From: a virus
DNA length: 32,143 nucleotides
Virus record (IMG/VR): IMGVR_UViG_3300017713_000040
Reading direction: 5' to 3' (one strand)
The translations under genes were made by a program, and so were the position numbers. The number at the start of each line of letters is the position of its first letter. Position 1 is the first letter of the stretch. The notes beneath the pieces were generated by a model. That model had not been told where the DNA came from and did no database searches. It saw only the letters and a list, made by a program, of their open reading frames with translations. Below are positions 16,085 through 25,067 of this stretch, in pieces.

Positions 16085-16624
16085 ATGGCAACAATAGTTT
16101 GGCTCAACGGCCCATCAAGACAAAACCTAACCAACACCTTACCAAGACAGAAAATCGAGATAGGTTGCAACTACATCTTGAATGATCGACAAGTGGATCA
16201 TGTGTGTTGTTTCGATCGACCTATGATGAAAAAACTTGTAAGACAGGACAATGTGAAATACTGGACAAGGAACTACTATGCCACACCAAATCAATGGCAT
16301 CGTGTAGAACCAATCGCAGGTAAGTTCAAAGTAGATGCACAAAATTCAGGCATACTGGCAATCAAACTGGCACACAATCTCACAGACAGGAAAAATGAAA
16401 ACATCTATGTATTAGGCTGTGACTGGGGCATAACAAAAGACACGGTTTATGACTATGGTGACATCAGAGGCAAGGCAAAACCTTTAAAACATACTAATCA
16501 TTGTATCAAGCATCTATTCTATATGAATAAAACAGACAACAACATATTCGTGGTCAATGATGATAAGCCTGATGTCACAATACCGGTTATAACAATAAAA
16601 CAGTTCTTAGAAAAACTACAATAA
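16085..16624 (+). CDS. GT42 (Cst-II)-like / DUF115-like putative glycosyltransferase (moron)
   Basis: 179 aa. VWLNGPSRQNL..LPRQKIEIGCNY matches Cst-II IIAGNGPSLKEI..LPNDFDVFRCNQ. NSGILAIKLAH...NIYVLGCDW matches TSGVYMCAVAIALGYKEIYLSGIDF. There is no SD, and the gene lies between a terminator and a hairpin. Confidence 0.45.
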   Translation: MATIVWLNGPSRQNLTNTLPRQKIEIGCNYILNDRQVDHVCCFDRPMMKKLVRQDNVKYWTRNYYATPNQWHRVEPIAGKFKVDAQNSGILAIKLAHNLTDRKNENIYVLGCDWGITKDTVYDYGDIRGKAKPLKHTNHCIKHLFYMNKTDNNIFVVNDDKPDVTIPVITIKQFLEKLQ

Positions 16625-16676
16625 ATAATAATATCAAGCAGGACTTGATAGTAATACATTAAAGAAGGACTTTAAG

Positions 16677-17126
16677 ATGGCGACATTCGCAACAGACAAC
16701 AACATCAAAGAATATGAACCTGATATTCACAAATACGGAATACAGGACTTTTCAGACCTACACGAAAAGACATTCGACGACATAATTAGACTACTCAATA
16801 TAAAATGGTGGCCCACACAACAATACGGAACCAACGACATCAGTGCCGTTGGCGGTAATCACAAACTTACAAACAGCAAGTTAAATGCTAATCAGTTCGT
16901 GAGAGCGGCCGTGTATCATGTGTTGGCATATTACATCTATCCGAGACTATCTACTTTTGATCCTGATGGTGATGCTTTCACAAATAAGATGAATTACTAC
17001 AAGTCAAAATTTGAAGAAGAATTTGATCTTATTTTAAGAGACGGCGTCCATTACGATCTTGATAGTTCAGGAACATTCACGGATGCTGAAAAACAATCAT
17101 TTCATATGGGGCGTTTAATTAGATAA
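16677..17126 (+). CDS. Head-tail connector/adaptor candidate
   Basis: 149 aa. It is the first gene after the capsid module and is TAATG-coupled downstream. Confidence 0.5.
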   Translation: MATFATDNNIKEYEPDIHKYGIQDFSDLHEKTFDDIIRLLNIKWWPTQQYGTNDISAVGGNHKLTNSKLNANQFVRAAVYHVLAYYIYPRLSTFDPDGDAFTNKMNYYKSKFEEEFDLILRDGVHYDLDSSGTFTDAEKQSFHMGRLIR

Positions 17127-17563
17127 TGTCGGCAAGAGAAAACATCACAAAGAACATAGTTGATCAACTGGAGAATATGACAGATCCGGCTGTGGCTCAT
17201 GTGTCCAGAGACAAGTTTGATGTGCAGAAACTTGCCATCACACAATTTCCTGCCATACTGGTAGTGACTTCAAACGAGGACAGGGACGACCTAGCAACAG
17301 ATCTAAGACAAGGCAATCTATCAATACAATGTAGATGCTATGTGAGAGGCACACAGATTGACACACTAAGAAATGAAGTCATAGAAAGAATTGAAGAGAC
17401 ACTAGAAAAATCTAGAAACAGAGATATTACATTGGCACAGGCAAACATACACAATGTCAAGACTACAATTTCAAACATAGAAGTCATAGACAGAGAACTT
17501 CCATTAGGCGAAGTGGTTGTGACTGTGAATGTAATTTACACATATAAAAAAGGAGTCGTATAA
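17126..17563 (+). CDS. Head-closure / neck protein candidate
   Basis: 145 aa. The call rests on position between the adaptor and the tail tube. Confidence 0.45.
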   Translation: MSARENITKNIVDQLENMTDPAVAHVSRDKFDVQKLAITQFPAILVVTSNEDRDDLATDLRQGNLSIQCRCYVRGTQIDTLRNEVIERIEETLEKSRNRDITLAQANIHNVKTTISNIEVIDRELPLGEVVVTVNVIYTYKKGVV

Positions 17564-17781
17564 TGGCTACAAAAATGTATAAAGAAGAGAAATTCAAAAT
17601 GGTCCGAGGCATGGATGCCAAGGCACATTTGGATGATGGTTGGACCTTTAAACCATCTGACACATCAACACCTAAACCAAAGAGAAAATACAAACTCAAG
17701 GTAAAGGATGTTGAAGTAATAAAACCCGATCCTTTAGAGGTCAAGGATCAAGACATTGAGGAGATAAACAATGGCGACTAA
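17563..17781 (+). CDS. Small K/P/D-rich hypothetical protein
   Basis: 72 aa, TAATG-coupled. Confidence 0.5.
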   Translation: MATKMYKEEKFKMVRGMDAKAHLDDGWTFKPSDTSTPKPKRKYKLKVKDVEVIKPDPLEVKDQDIEEINNGD

Positions 17782-18208
17782 CGAAACAACCTACACAGGT
17801 GAATCAGGCGTTATAAAGTTTACGGACAACTCTTCATCTTCTGTAGTAGGTGTGGCATCAGTTAGATCTTTCACGATCGATCAAGAACTTGACGCCATTG
17901 AATCTACAGTGATGGGAAGTGGGGCGAGAACTTATATCCCAGGTTTAAGACAATTTTCTGGAAGCATGGACATCTATTTTAGAGATGATACAGCCGCAGG
18001 TTCAGGAAACATCAACTTGTTTGATGCTGTCAACGAGGGGACTACAACTTCATTAATTGAATTGTATCCATCTGGTGAGACAACAGGTATCAAACTATCA
18101 GGAACAGTGATCATCACAGGTCATTCTATCACAGCAAACTTTGATGGAATGGTTGAGGCGAGTGTCACTTTCCAAGGCTCAGGTGCATTAACAAAAGCAA
18201 ATTTGTAA
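17771..18208 (+). CDS. Major tail (tube) protein
   Basis: 145 aa with GGAG SD. The pattern ..V.S.S...D.E.D..EST.MGS....YIPGL..FSGS.D.YF.. is typical of small siphophage tube proteins, and the gene lies upstream of the chaperone and tape measure. Confidence 0.65.
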   Translation: MATNETTYTGESGVIKFTDNSSSSVVGVASVRSFTIDQELDAIESTVMGSGARTYIPGLRQFSGSMDIYFRDDTAAGSGNINLFDAVNEGTTTSLIELYPSGETTGIKLSGTVIITGHSITANFDGMVEASVTFQGSGALTKANL

Positions 18209-18513
18209 TGTTATCAGTCCTTTTCAAATCGGGAAAAGCAACCGCTGATCTTAAAAAATCAATTGATCAAACGGTTCGCTCAATAGCCAAGGATTTCTTC
18301 ACTTCGGTGAAGAGATTGACACCAGTAAGGTCTGGTCTCGCTAAACGAAGTTGGAAGTTGAAACAAAAATCAAATTCCAAGTATGCTGTGGTCAATCCAC
18401 AACCATACACAAATCGTTTGGACAAAGGCTATTCAAATCAGGCACCTGAAGGGATGACGAGACCCGCCCTATCAGAGGTTAAAGACAAATATAGAAACAG
18501 GAGAATAAAATAA
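18208..18513 (+). CDS. HK97 gp10-like head-tail joining / tail-terminator-like protein
   Basis: 101 aa. The motif LTPVRSGLAKRSW resembles the tPvrtG.lr.sw motif. Confidence 0.45.
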   Translation: MLSVLFKSGKATADLKKSIDQTVRSIAKDFFTSVKRLTPVRSGLAKRSWKLKQKSNSKYAVVNPQPYTNRLDKGYSNQAPEGMTRPALSEVKDKYRNRRIK

Positions 18514-18857
18514 TGTCAATAACAGAAAAAATAGCAAAACACTATCAGACAGCAATCGGTGGTGAATTAATCAAATACCATGTAGATGAATGGGAAACTG
18601 ACATCTACTTCAGAAGCACTTATCCGCTCAAAGATGAAAGCAAGATACTGCAACTTCAAGCAGAAGGCAAGACAGTAGAGGCATTGGTCGAGAGCATAAT
18701 AGCAAAGGCTCGAGACAAAGATGGTAAGAGATTGTTCTTCGATGCTGACAAAGTTAAATTGATGAACGAGGCAGATCCTATGACTGTGGTCAAGGTAGCC
18801 ACGGCAATCAATAATGCTAAACTTACTGCTCAGCAGGCTTCTATCGCAAAGGAATAG
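18513..18857 (+). CDS. Tail assembly chaperone (G-like)
   Basis: 114 aa, acidic, immediately upstream of the tape measure region. Confidence 0.6.
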   Translation: MSITEKIAKHYQTAIGGELIKYHVDEWETDIYFRSTYPLKDESKILQLQAEGKTVEALVESIIAKARDKDGKRLFFDADKVKLMNEADPMTVVKVATAINNAKLTAQQASIAKE

Positions 18858-18883
18858 GTGCCAGTGTTGAGTTAAGGTTTGTA

Positions 18884-19042
18884 ATGATGCTCGCAGACAG
18901 GCTGAAGAAGTCTGTCCAAGAAATATTACAACTGACAACACTGGAGATAGAGATGTGGGCAGGTTATCTGATGTATGAGGACCAAGAGAGTAAGAAGACT
19001 ATGAAGCAACAGAAACAACAAACGAAGGCTAGGAGAAGATAA
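18884..19042 (+). CDS. Tail assembly chaperone T-like segment; independent 52-aa ORF or -1 frameshift extension from 18513
   Basis: The -1 frame is open from 18821 to 19042. A candidate slip site is A_AAG at 18848-18851. The motif EIEMWAGYL is present, and there is a TAATG junction with the tape measure gene. Confidence 0.4.
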   Translation: MMLADRLKKSVQEILQLTTLEIEMWAGYLMYEDQESKKTMKQQKQQTKARRR

Positions 19043-20868
19043 TGGCGAAGACTGATCTACTGATCAACATAGCGGTCAAAAACCAACAGGCATTAGGATC
19101 AATCAATAATCAATTGACCCGAATGTCAGGTTCTGGTTTGAAACTGAGCACGGTGCTAAAAGGTGCCGCGGCTGGTTTGGCGGCCTTTGGAGCGGTTAGG
19201 ATTGGATCATTCATTGTCAACACAACTAAAGAATTTGAAGACCTAAGAACCACATTGAGTTCAGTCACAGGTAGCACTGAACAAGGTGCTGAGGCATTCA
19301 GATTCATTAGTGAGTTCGCTACCAAGACCCAGTTTGGTGTTGATGACCTAACAAAGACTTTCATCAAGTTGAAAGCGGCGGGTATTGAACCAACCGAAGA
19401 ACTTCTAACAACATTCACAGACGCGGCGGCGGTGACTAATGACCAGATAGGATCATTAGAGGCTGTCACTGACTTGTTTGCCAGAACGGTAAAAGGTGGT
19501 CTAGGACTTGAAGAGATACAGAGACTTGGAGACAGAGGTATTCCGGTGTTGGCTATCTTGGAAGAGAAACTAGGACTCAGCAGGGCAGAAATATCGGAGT
19601 TTGGTAAGACGACAGAGGGCGCCGCGGCGATAACCAAAGCATTTGCTGAAGGTATCAATGAAAGATTTGGTGGTGCGACTCAGAAATTAGTATCAAACTT
19701 ATCTACAGAATTTTCCAACGCCAAGATCGCTCTACAGGGCGTGGCGGATGAATTCGGTCAAGGTATATCACCAGCATTGAAAGATGCCGTTGGTGGATTC
19801 ACAGCATTAGTAAATGAAAACAGAGAAACAATTTCAGCACTAGGAGAACTTACAGGCTTTGCCTTGAAGGCATTAATATCTGGATTGAATCTTGTCCTCA
19901 AGGCAATTGGCAATGTCATAGACTTCTTCAAAGATTTCGTTGGCACAGTCAAAGACACAATACAGGCAGTTAAGGATTTCAAGAATGATGTAGTTAACCA
20001 ATTCGAAAATATGAAAAAAGGCATCGGAGACAAGATGTCAAATGTTGGCGACAGCATCGTAGGAGGATTTCAAGACATCTATAACAAAGTAGTTGGCAAT
20101 TCAATCGTGCCTGACATGGTCGATGATGTTGGCAAAGAGATGGACAGGTTGGCATTCAACGCCGACAGGAGTCTAGGCACATATAGCGACGCGGTTCAAG
20201 AAAACATAGACAACGATGTCATACTTCAGGCTCTACACAGAACAATAGGAGAAGGGTTCACACCATTAGAAGGCAAGATCACGGCAGTGGCGGCAGGTAT
20301 GTCAGCATTCAAAGACACAGCGTCAAGCGCCTTGACAGATGTTATAATGGGCACTAAATCATTGAGAGATGCTTTGGGTGAGATAGTAAATTCAACATTA
20401 AGAGCATTGATACAAGGTTTCATTAATTTAGGTATCACAATATTCATATTGGAACCATTAGAAAGATTTTTAAGAAGACAAGTTGACACACAGAAAAAAT
20501 TAAACAGAGAATTAAAAGTAGAGATAGCACTTAGATCTATATTGGCTATGTTTGGCGGAGGCGGCTTTGGTATTCCGTTCTTTGCTGATGGTGGTAGAAC
20601 AACTGCCAACCAACCAATCATTGTGGGTGAAAGAGGACCAGAATTATTTGTTCCAAACACTTCAGGCACAGTGGTAGCCAATGACGAACTTGGTGTCAAC
20701 AGAGGCAATGCTAGTATGGGCGGTGGCGATGACATCAATGTCACTTTCAACATCAACACACTAGACGCAAGTGATTTCGATTCATTACTAACAACAAGGC
20801 AAGACTTGATCATAGGGTTGATCAACAGAGGTCTCGCTGAAAGAGGCAAAAGGAGTCTAACAGCATAA
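19042..20868 (+). CDS. Tape measure protein
   Basis: 608 aa. It is helical and Ala/Gly/Leu-rich with hydrophobic segments, and sits in the canonical position. Confidence 0.85.
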   Translation: MAKTDLLINIAVKNQQALGSINNQLTRMSGSGLKLSTVLKGAAAGLAAFGAVRIGSFIVNTTKEFEDLRTTLSSVTGSTEQGAEAFRFISEFATKTQFGVDDLTKTFIKLKAAGIEPTEELLTTFTDAAAVTNDQIGSLEAVTDLFARTVKGGLGLEEIQRLGDRGIPVLAILEEKLGLSRAEISEFGKTTEGAAAITKAFAEGINERFGGATQKLVSNLSTEFSNAKIALQGVADEFGQGISPALKDAVGGFTALVNENRETISALGELTGFALKALISGLNLVLKAIGNVIDFFKDFVGTVKDTIQAVKDFKNDVVNQFENMKKGIGDKMSNVGDSIVGGFQDIYNKVVGNSIVPDMVDDVGKEMDRLAFNADRSLGTYSDAVQENIDNDVILQALHRTIGEGFTPLEGKITAVAAGMSAFKDTASSALTDVIMGTKSLRDALGEIVNSTLRALIQGFINLGITIFILEPLERFLRRQVDTQKKLNRELKVEIALRSILAMFGGGGFGIPFFADGGRTTANQPIIVGERGPELFVPNTSGTVVANDELGVNRGNASMGGGDDINVTFNINTLDASDFDSLLTTRQDLIIGLINRGLAERGKRSLTA

Positions 20869-21452
20869 TGGCATTATTCACACCAAACAAAGGATACAAG
20901 GCATTGGACTGGCAGTCTAACACAAAAAGCAGGGTGACGACGGCTGTGTCAGGCAAGGTGCAAAGAATTAAAACAGGCGCACAACATTGGAGTTTCAAAC
21001 TACAATCACCTTCTATGTCAAGGGCAGAGTTAATGGCTGATTATAGTTTCGTTGTTCAATTGGATGGACAGGTGACATCATTCACTATCATACCACCGGA
21101 GATAGGAAGTGCAAGAGGCACAGCATCAGGCACATTGACCAATGATGCCACAGTGGCCGCAGGACAGAGTGCCTGTCAGACAGACGGTGGGTCAGGAACA
21201 ATATTAAAGGGAGATCTAATCAAGTTTTCAAACCACGACAAGGTATACATGGTCGTAGCGGACAAAACTATCTCAGGCACAAATGACGCAATCAATTTCT
21301 ATCCACCTTTGGTGACAGGTATTACAAATTCAACCACTGTGACTTATGACAATGTCCCTGTGAAAGTTTATATGGACAAGGACGAAGTAAAATTCATCAC
21401 ACAAACGGATGGTGCCTTCAAGTATGAAATAGTTTTGAATGAGGAGATATAA
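20868..21452 (+). CDS. Distal tail / lambda M-slot minor tail protein
   Basis: 194 aa, TAATG-coupled to the tape measure gene. Confidence 0.55.
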   Translation: MALFTPNKGYKALDWQSNTKSRVTTAVSGKVQRIKTGAQHWSFKLQSPSMSRAELMADYSFVVQLDGQVTSFTIIPPEIGSARGTASGTLTNDATVAAGQSACQTDGGSGTILKGDLIKFSNHDKVYMVVADKTISGTNDAINFYPPLVTGITNSTTVTYDNVPVKVYMDKDEVKFITQTDGAFKYEIVLNEEI

Positions 21453-21454
21453 AG

Positions 21455-22036
21455 ATGGCAAGAAGTATAGCGTCAGCGACTCAGACAAAGTTAGCAGGCA
21501 GTTCAGTATTTGTTGCTGATCTGATTGAACTACAATTATCTACAACACAATACCTAACAACCACAAATATCAACATTTCATTTGATAGTGCCACGGCTCC
21601 AGACGCCGGCACACAAACTTATTTGGCACAAGGACAATTTTTAAGTTATGGCAACATCGTTGAGACAACCGACCTAAGGATAGCAGAGATAGATATGGAA
21701 TTCACCGCCGTTGACACAACAACAATCGCTCTACTGACCAACAATGATTACATCAACAAAAGGGTGGTGATCTACAGAGCAATCCTAAATGATGATTACT
21801 CATTTGGTGCCGATGATGTGTATCTTGTTTTTGATGGTAAGGTCACTGGCTATTCAATCAGAGAATCAGACACCACAGCGACGGTCACAATATCCTGTGC
21901 ATCACAGTTCGCTGACTTTGAAAGAACAAATGGGAGAAAAACAAATCCGGCTTCACAGAATGTCCATTTTGCAAATGACAAAGGGATGGAGTTCGCACCG
22001 GAGTTAGTAAAAGACATAAGATGGGGGAAAGCATAA
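21455..22036 (+). CDS. Lambda gpL-like minor tail protein, lacking the Cys-rich C-terminus
   Basis: 193 aa. VFVADLIELQL..TQYL.T.....F.....TYLAQG...YGNI.ET.DLRI..IDMEFT parallels gpL vvLwEiDLt...erYff.....v.w.G..Y.pyPi... Confidence 0.55.
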   Translation: MARSIASATQTKLAGSSVFVADLIELQLSTTQYLTTTNINISFDSATAPDAGTQTYLAQGQFLSYGNIVETTDLRIAEIDMEFTAVDTTTIALLTNNDYINKRVVIYRAILNDDYSFGADDVYLVFDGKVTGYSIRESDTTATVTISCASQFADFERTNGRKTNPASQNVHFANDKGMEFAPELVKDIRWGKA

Positions 22037-22500
22037 TGAACATAGTTAGGGTATTAGACAAAAAAGACATCACACAGGTTTTGGATCTAGCATACAGAGC
22101 CGTTGTAGAAAGAGGTTGGGTTGATAGAGATTTCGACAAGACCAATTTCAATATACAGGTAAAAAACATTTTATCTTTAGAGAGCAATCTAGCATTTGGT
22201 CTCTTCAAGGATAATGTGTTGATTGGATTTGCCGTGGCACAGTTAGATCAGTTCCCTTGGAACACAAAAAGGAAATGCCATATTGATCTGATACACATGG
22301 ACACAGAACACAGACACGAAGCATACTACCAATTGTTATTGGACACGATATATGCTTTCTGTCGAGAAAATGAAATAAGACACATCAGGACAAGTTCGGC
22401 TTCTTATCTGTTCAACAATAAACAAGATAGGATATCGTTCTTGATCAAGAATGGATTTGACGAGGTTGATATAAACTGGGAGAAGGTAAGTGACTATTAG
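22036..22500 (+). CDS. GNAT-fold protein with a degenerate acetyl-CoA (motif A) loop
   Basis: TAATG start at 22036. The GNAT strand/helix pattern is visible (VRVLDKKDITQVLDL ... NVLIGFAVAQLD ... CHIDLIHMDTEHRHEAYYQLLLDTIYAFCRENEIRHI ... FLIKNGFDEV). R/Q-x-x-G-x-G/A is replaced by HRHEAY. Confidence 0.45.
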   Translation: MNIVRVLDKKDITQVLDLAYRAVVERGWVDRDFDKTNFNIQVKNILSLESNLAFGLFKDNVLIGFAVAQLDQFPWNTKRKCHIDLIHMDTEHRHEAYYQLLLDTIYAFCRENEIRHIRTSSASYLFNNKQDRISFLIKNGFDEVDINWEKVSDY

Positions 22501-22945
22501 ACCGTTTGTAAGAAAAGATCTAAAACAATGTTGTGAAATGGCACAACAACAGCACACCGAGAGCCTGTGGAGTCATCTACACTTCGATGGTGAGCGTGTT
22601 AAAAATTATTACCTCAACAGCATTGGCAATCCAAACTTCTGTGTGTTGGTGGCGGAACAGGATGGTGAAATAATAGGCGGAACTGCCTGTGGATTGAATC
22701 AATATGATTTTTCTTACAACACCTATGTCCAAGACATTTTCTTTTATGTCAAGCCTGAATTCAGGACAGGATCATTGGGTATAAAATTATACAAACAAGT
22801 TTATGAATGGGCCAAAGAGAAAGGTGCCTGTGAAGTTTATATAGGTTATGGATTTGGCAAAAACAACAAACAGATGGAGAGGTTCTATGAAAGATTAGGA
22901 TACGAACATCACATCGATTACTACAGGAAACCAGTTATAGCATGA
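22490..22945 (+). CDS. GNAT family N-acetyltransferase
   Basis: 151 aa with a GTG start overlapping the upstream stop. Motif A is YVKPEFRTGSLGIKLYKQVYEWAKEKGA, and the C-terminal part reads N.....FYERLGYE. Confidence 0.65.
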   Translation: MTIRPFVRKDLKQCCEMAQQQHTESLWSHLHFDGERVKNYYLNSIGNPNFCVLVAEQDGEIIGGTACGLNQYDFSYNTYVQDIFFYVKPEFRTGSLGIKLYKQVYEWAKEKGACEVYIGYGFGKNNKQMERFYERLGYEHHIDYYRKPVIA

Positions 22946-25059
22946 AGATCTACAACAAGATAGTCTTTGACAAAGACGACAACATCATAGAAGAAGATTC
23001 TTATGAATACTCAGGTCCAGTGGCACATTGTGGTGGCGGCAATCCTATCAAGAAAATTTTCAATCCAATAAAAAAAGTTTTCAAAAGTATTGTAAGAGGT
23101 GTGGGTAAAGTTTTTAGTGGACTTGTTTCAGCAATTACATCACCTTTTGGTTTCGACATTGACACACCAGATTTTGGAATAGGCACAGACCAAGTATCAG
23201 ACATCCAAGGAGTGATGCTGAACAAACAGTCAGCGATAGAACACATTCCTGTTGTGTATGGCACGAGAATGGTAGGAGGCACTCGTGTTTTTGTTTCTAC
23301 AAATGGATCAAACAACAAGTATCTTTTCGTTGATATGGTTATGGCAGAAGGCCAATGTAATGGCTTCACAAAATTATTAGTTGATGACACAGAGGTGCCT
23401 TTGACTTCATATGCTCACGGTGTGGTGGCATCACCATCATCGGGAGATTTCAAAGACAGAATGAAAGTTCAGTTCTTTGATGGCAGAGACGACCAAGTCA
23501 GTGCCAGTGATGGTTCAGGAGTGTTCGCTAACATAGACAGTTCAAACGGTGCTCCCGGTTGGACCAATCTACACAGATTATCGGGACTATGCCATATCGC
23601 TTGTAGATTCGAATGGAAAGAAATCAAGTCTCAAGATGACGCAAACAACAATCCTTACACAGGTGGCATACCAAACATAAAATTAGTGCTTCAAGGCAAA
23701 AAAATATTAGATGCCACAACATTGAGTGGCAGTCATTCAACATTGTATGACAACGAGACAAAGGTGTTTGACGACAATCCTGTTTCTGTTTTGCTTGACT
23801 ACATGAGATCGAGCAGATTCGGAAAAGGCTTGGCCAATGACGCATTTGATTTCGCTAGTTTCAAGACGGCGGCGGACCTTTGTGAACAGACCGTGGCATA
23901 CACTTCTTCAACAACGGGCAAGGCATTCACTTGTAATGCAGTGGTCAATACAGCCAACAGTATCTTGGCCAATTGTAAAATATTGTTGATGGGTTTCAGA
24001 GGGATCATGCCATACCAACAGGGCAAATACAAATTACAGATCGAACACGGCGGAGACAACACAGACATCACAGCAACGCCAACCAATCCATCCACTGTAT
24101 TCTCAATCACCAATGACCATATCGTTGGGGGAATAAGTCTAGAAGGTGAACACAAGAACGCAAAGATCAATAGATGTATTGTGACCTTCGTTGATCCAGG
24201 CACAGACGACAATGTTTCATACCAACCAAACCAAGTGGTGTATCCTGAAGAAGGTAGCGCCATTGATGTGGCAATGCTGGCAGAAGATGATGGCAAAAGA
24301 TTACAGAAAGAGATCGTGTTGCCAACGGTGACCAGCAGAGAACAGGCCTTACAATATGGAGAAGTATTCACCAAGAGATCAAGGACTTCAAAATATGTGA
24401 CATTCGGCACGACACTGGCAACATCGAACACAGGTGTTGGTGACCTAATCAACATTGAAAATGAACACATAGGATTGAATGGTATATTCAGAATAGTTGA
24501 AATGAAGATAGATGCCGGTGGTGACATAATCATCGGTGCTGTTGAACACCAGCCAACAAACTATGAGATAGCGGCAAAATCAATAGCGGCCACTAGGCCA
24601 ATCATAAATTTACCAAACCCAATTGGCTTGGTCAATCCGCCAACAGGCATCGTTTACACATCTTTTGGTTTTTCAGGTGCAGGTGTGATCACCTTAGTGG
24701 TTAGACCCATTGGTGAGATTAGGTTTTCGCCAAGCACTGACACAAACATCACTCATTATAGGTTTGGCGTCAAGATGAAAGGTTCTACAGAATCAGAGGT
24801 AAATTATTTTGACAAATCTGTATCAACTTTGACCTTTGACAGCACCAATAATCAATTTGTCTATCAGTTGATGGCGTCGGATGTCAAGACCAAAGGCGGT
24901 GTAGATGCAGAAGGCACGATTAGAATATATGCTATCAACAACCAAGGCAACCAATCCGCACCAGCGGAGTTGGTCGTGGCCAAGATAGCATCTATAAAAC
25001 AGAATGTTGTGACTCAACAGGTCACACAGTCATCAACCAATGTTAATTTGAACCCATAG
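22942..25059 (+). CDS. Central tail fibre / host specificity protein (lambda J-like) with a gpI-like N-terminal segment
   Basis: 705 aa. IPVVYGTRMVGGTRVF resembles the gpI C-terminal LPVLYGEMRVGSRVV. NPVSVLLDYMRSSRFGKGL..DAFDFASF..AADLCEQTV resembles J NNMAWCLWDMLTHPRYGMGKRLG...CDQSV. Further J-like blocks follow. Confidence 0.8.
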   Translation: MKIYNKIVFDKDDNIIEEDSYEYSGPVAHCGGGNPIKKIFNPIKKVFKSIVRGVGKVFSGLVSAITSPFGFDIDTPDFGIGTDQVSDIQGVMLNKQSAIEHIPVVYGTRMVGGTRVFVSTNGSNNKYLFVDMVMAEGQCNGFTKLLVDDTEVPLTSYAHGVVASPSSGDFKDRMKVQFFDGRDDQVSASDGSGVFANIDSSNGAPGWTNLHRLSGLCHIACRFEWKEIKSQDDANNNPYTGGIPNIKLVLQGKKILDATTLSGSHSTLYDNETKVFDDNPVSVLLDYMRSSRFGKGLANDAFDFASFKTAADLCEQTVAYTSSTTGKAFTCNAVVNTANSILANCKILLMGFRGIMPYQQGKYKLQIEHGGDNTDITATPTNPSTVFSITNDHIVGGISLEGEHKNAKINRCIVTFVDPGTDDNVSYQPNQVVYPEEGSAIDVAMLAEDDGKRLQKEIVLPTVTSREQALQYGEVFTKRSRTSKYVTFGTTLATSNTGVGDLINIENEHIGLNGIFRIVEMKIDAGGDIIIGAVEHQPTNYEIAAKSIAATRPIINLPNPIGLVNPPTGIVYTSFGFSGAGVITLVVRPIGEIRFSPSTDTNITHYRFGVKMKGSTESEVNYFDKSVSTLTFDSTNNQFVYQLMASDVKTKGGVDAEGTIRIYAINNQGNQSAPAELVVAKIASIKQNVVTQQVTQSSTNVNLNP

Positions 25060-25067
25060 GAGAATAG

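Noticed and set aside
8011-24533. Long minus-strand ORFs in structural genes (8011-8604, 12087-12587, 19110-19658, 20226-20849, 23001-23390, 23799-24533)
   Set aside because: Same reasoning. They are antisense to the fibre, portal, tape measure and J-like genes, whose identity is supported by motifs. The antisense products are low-complexity and have no start context.
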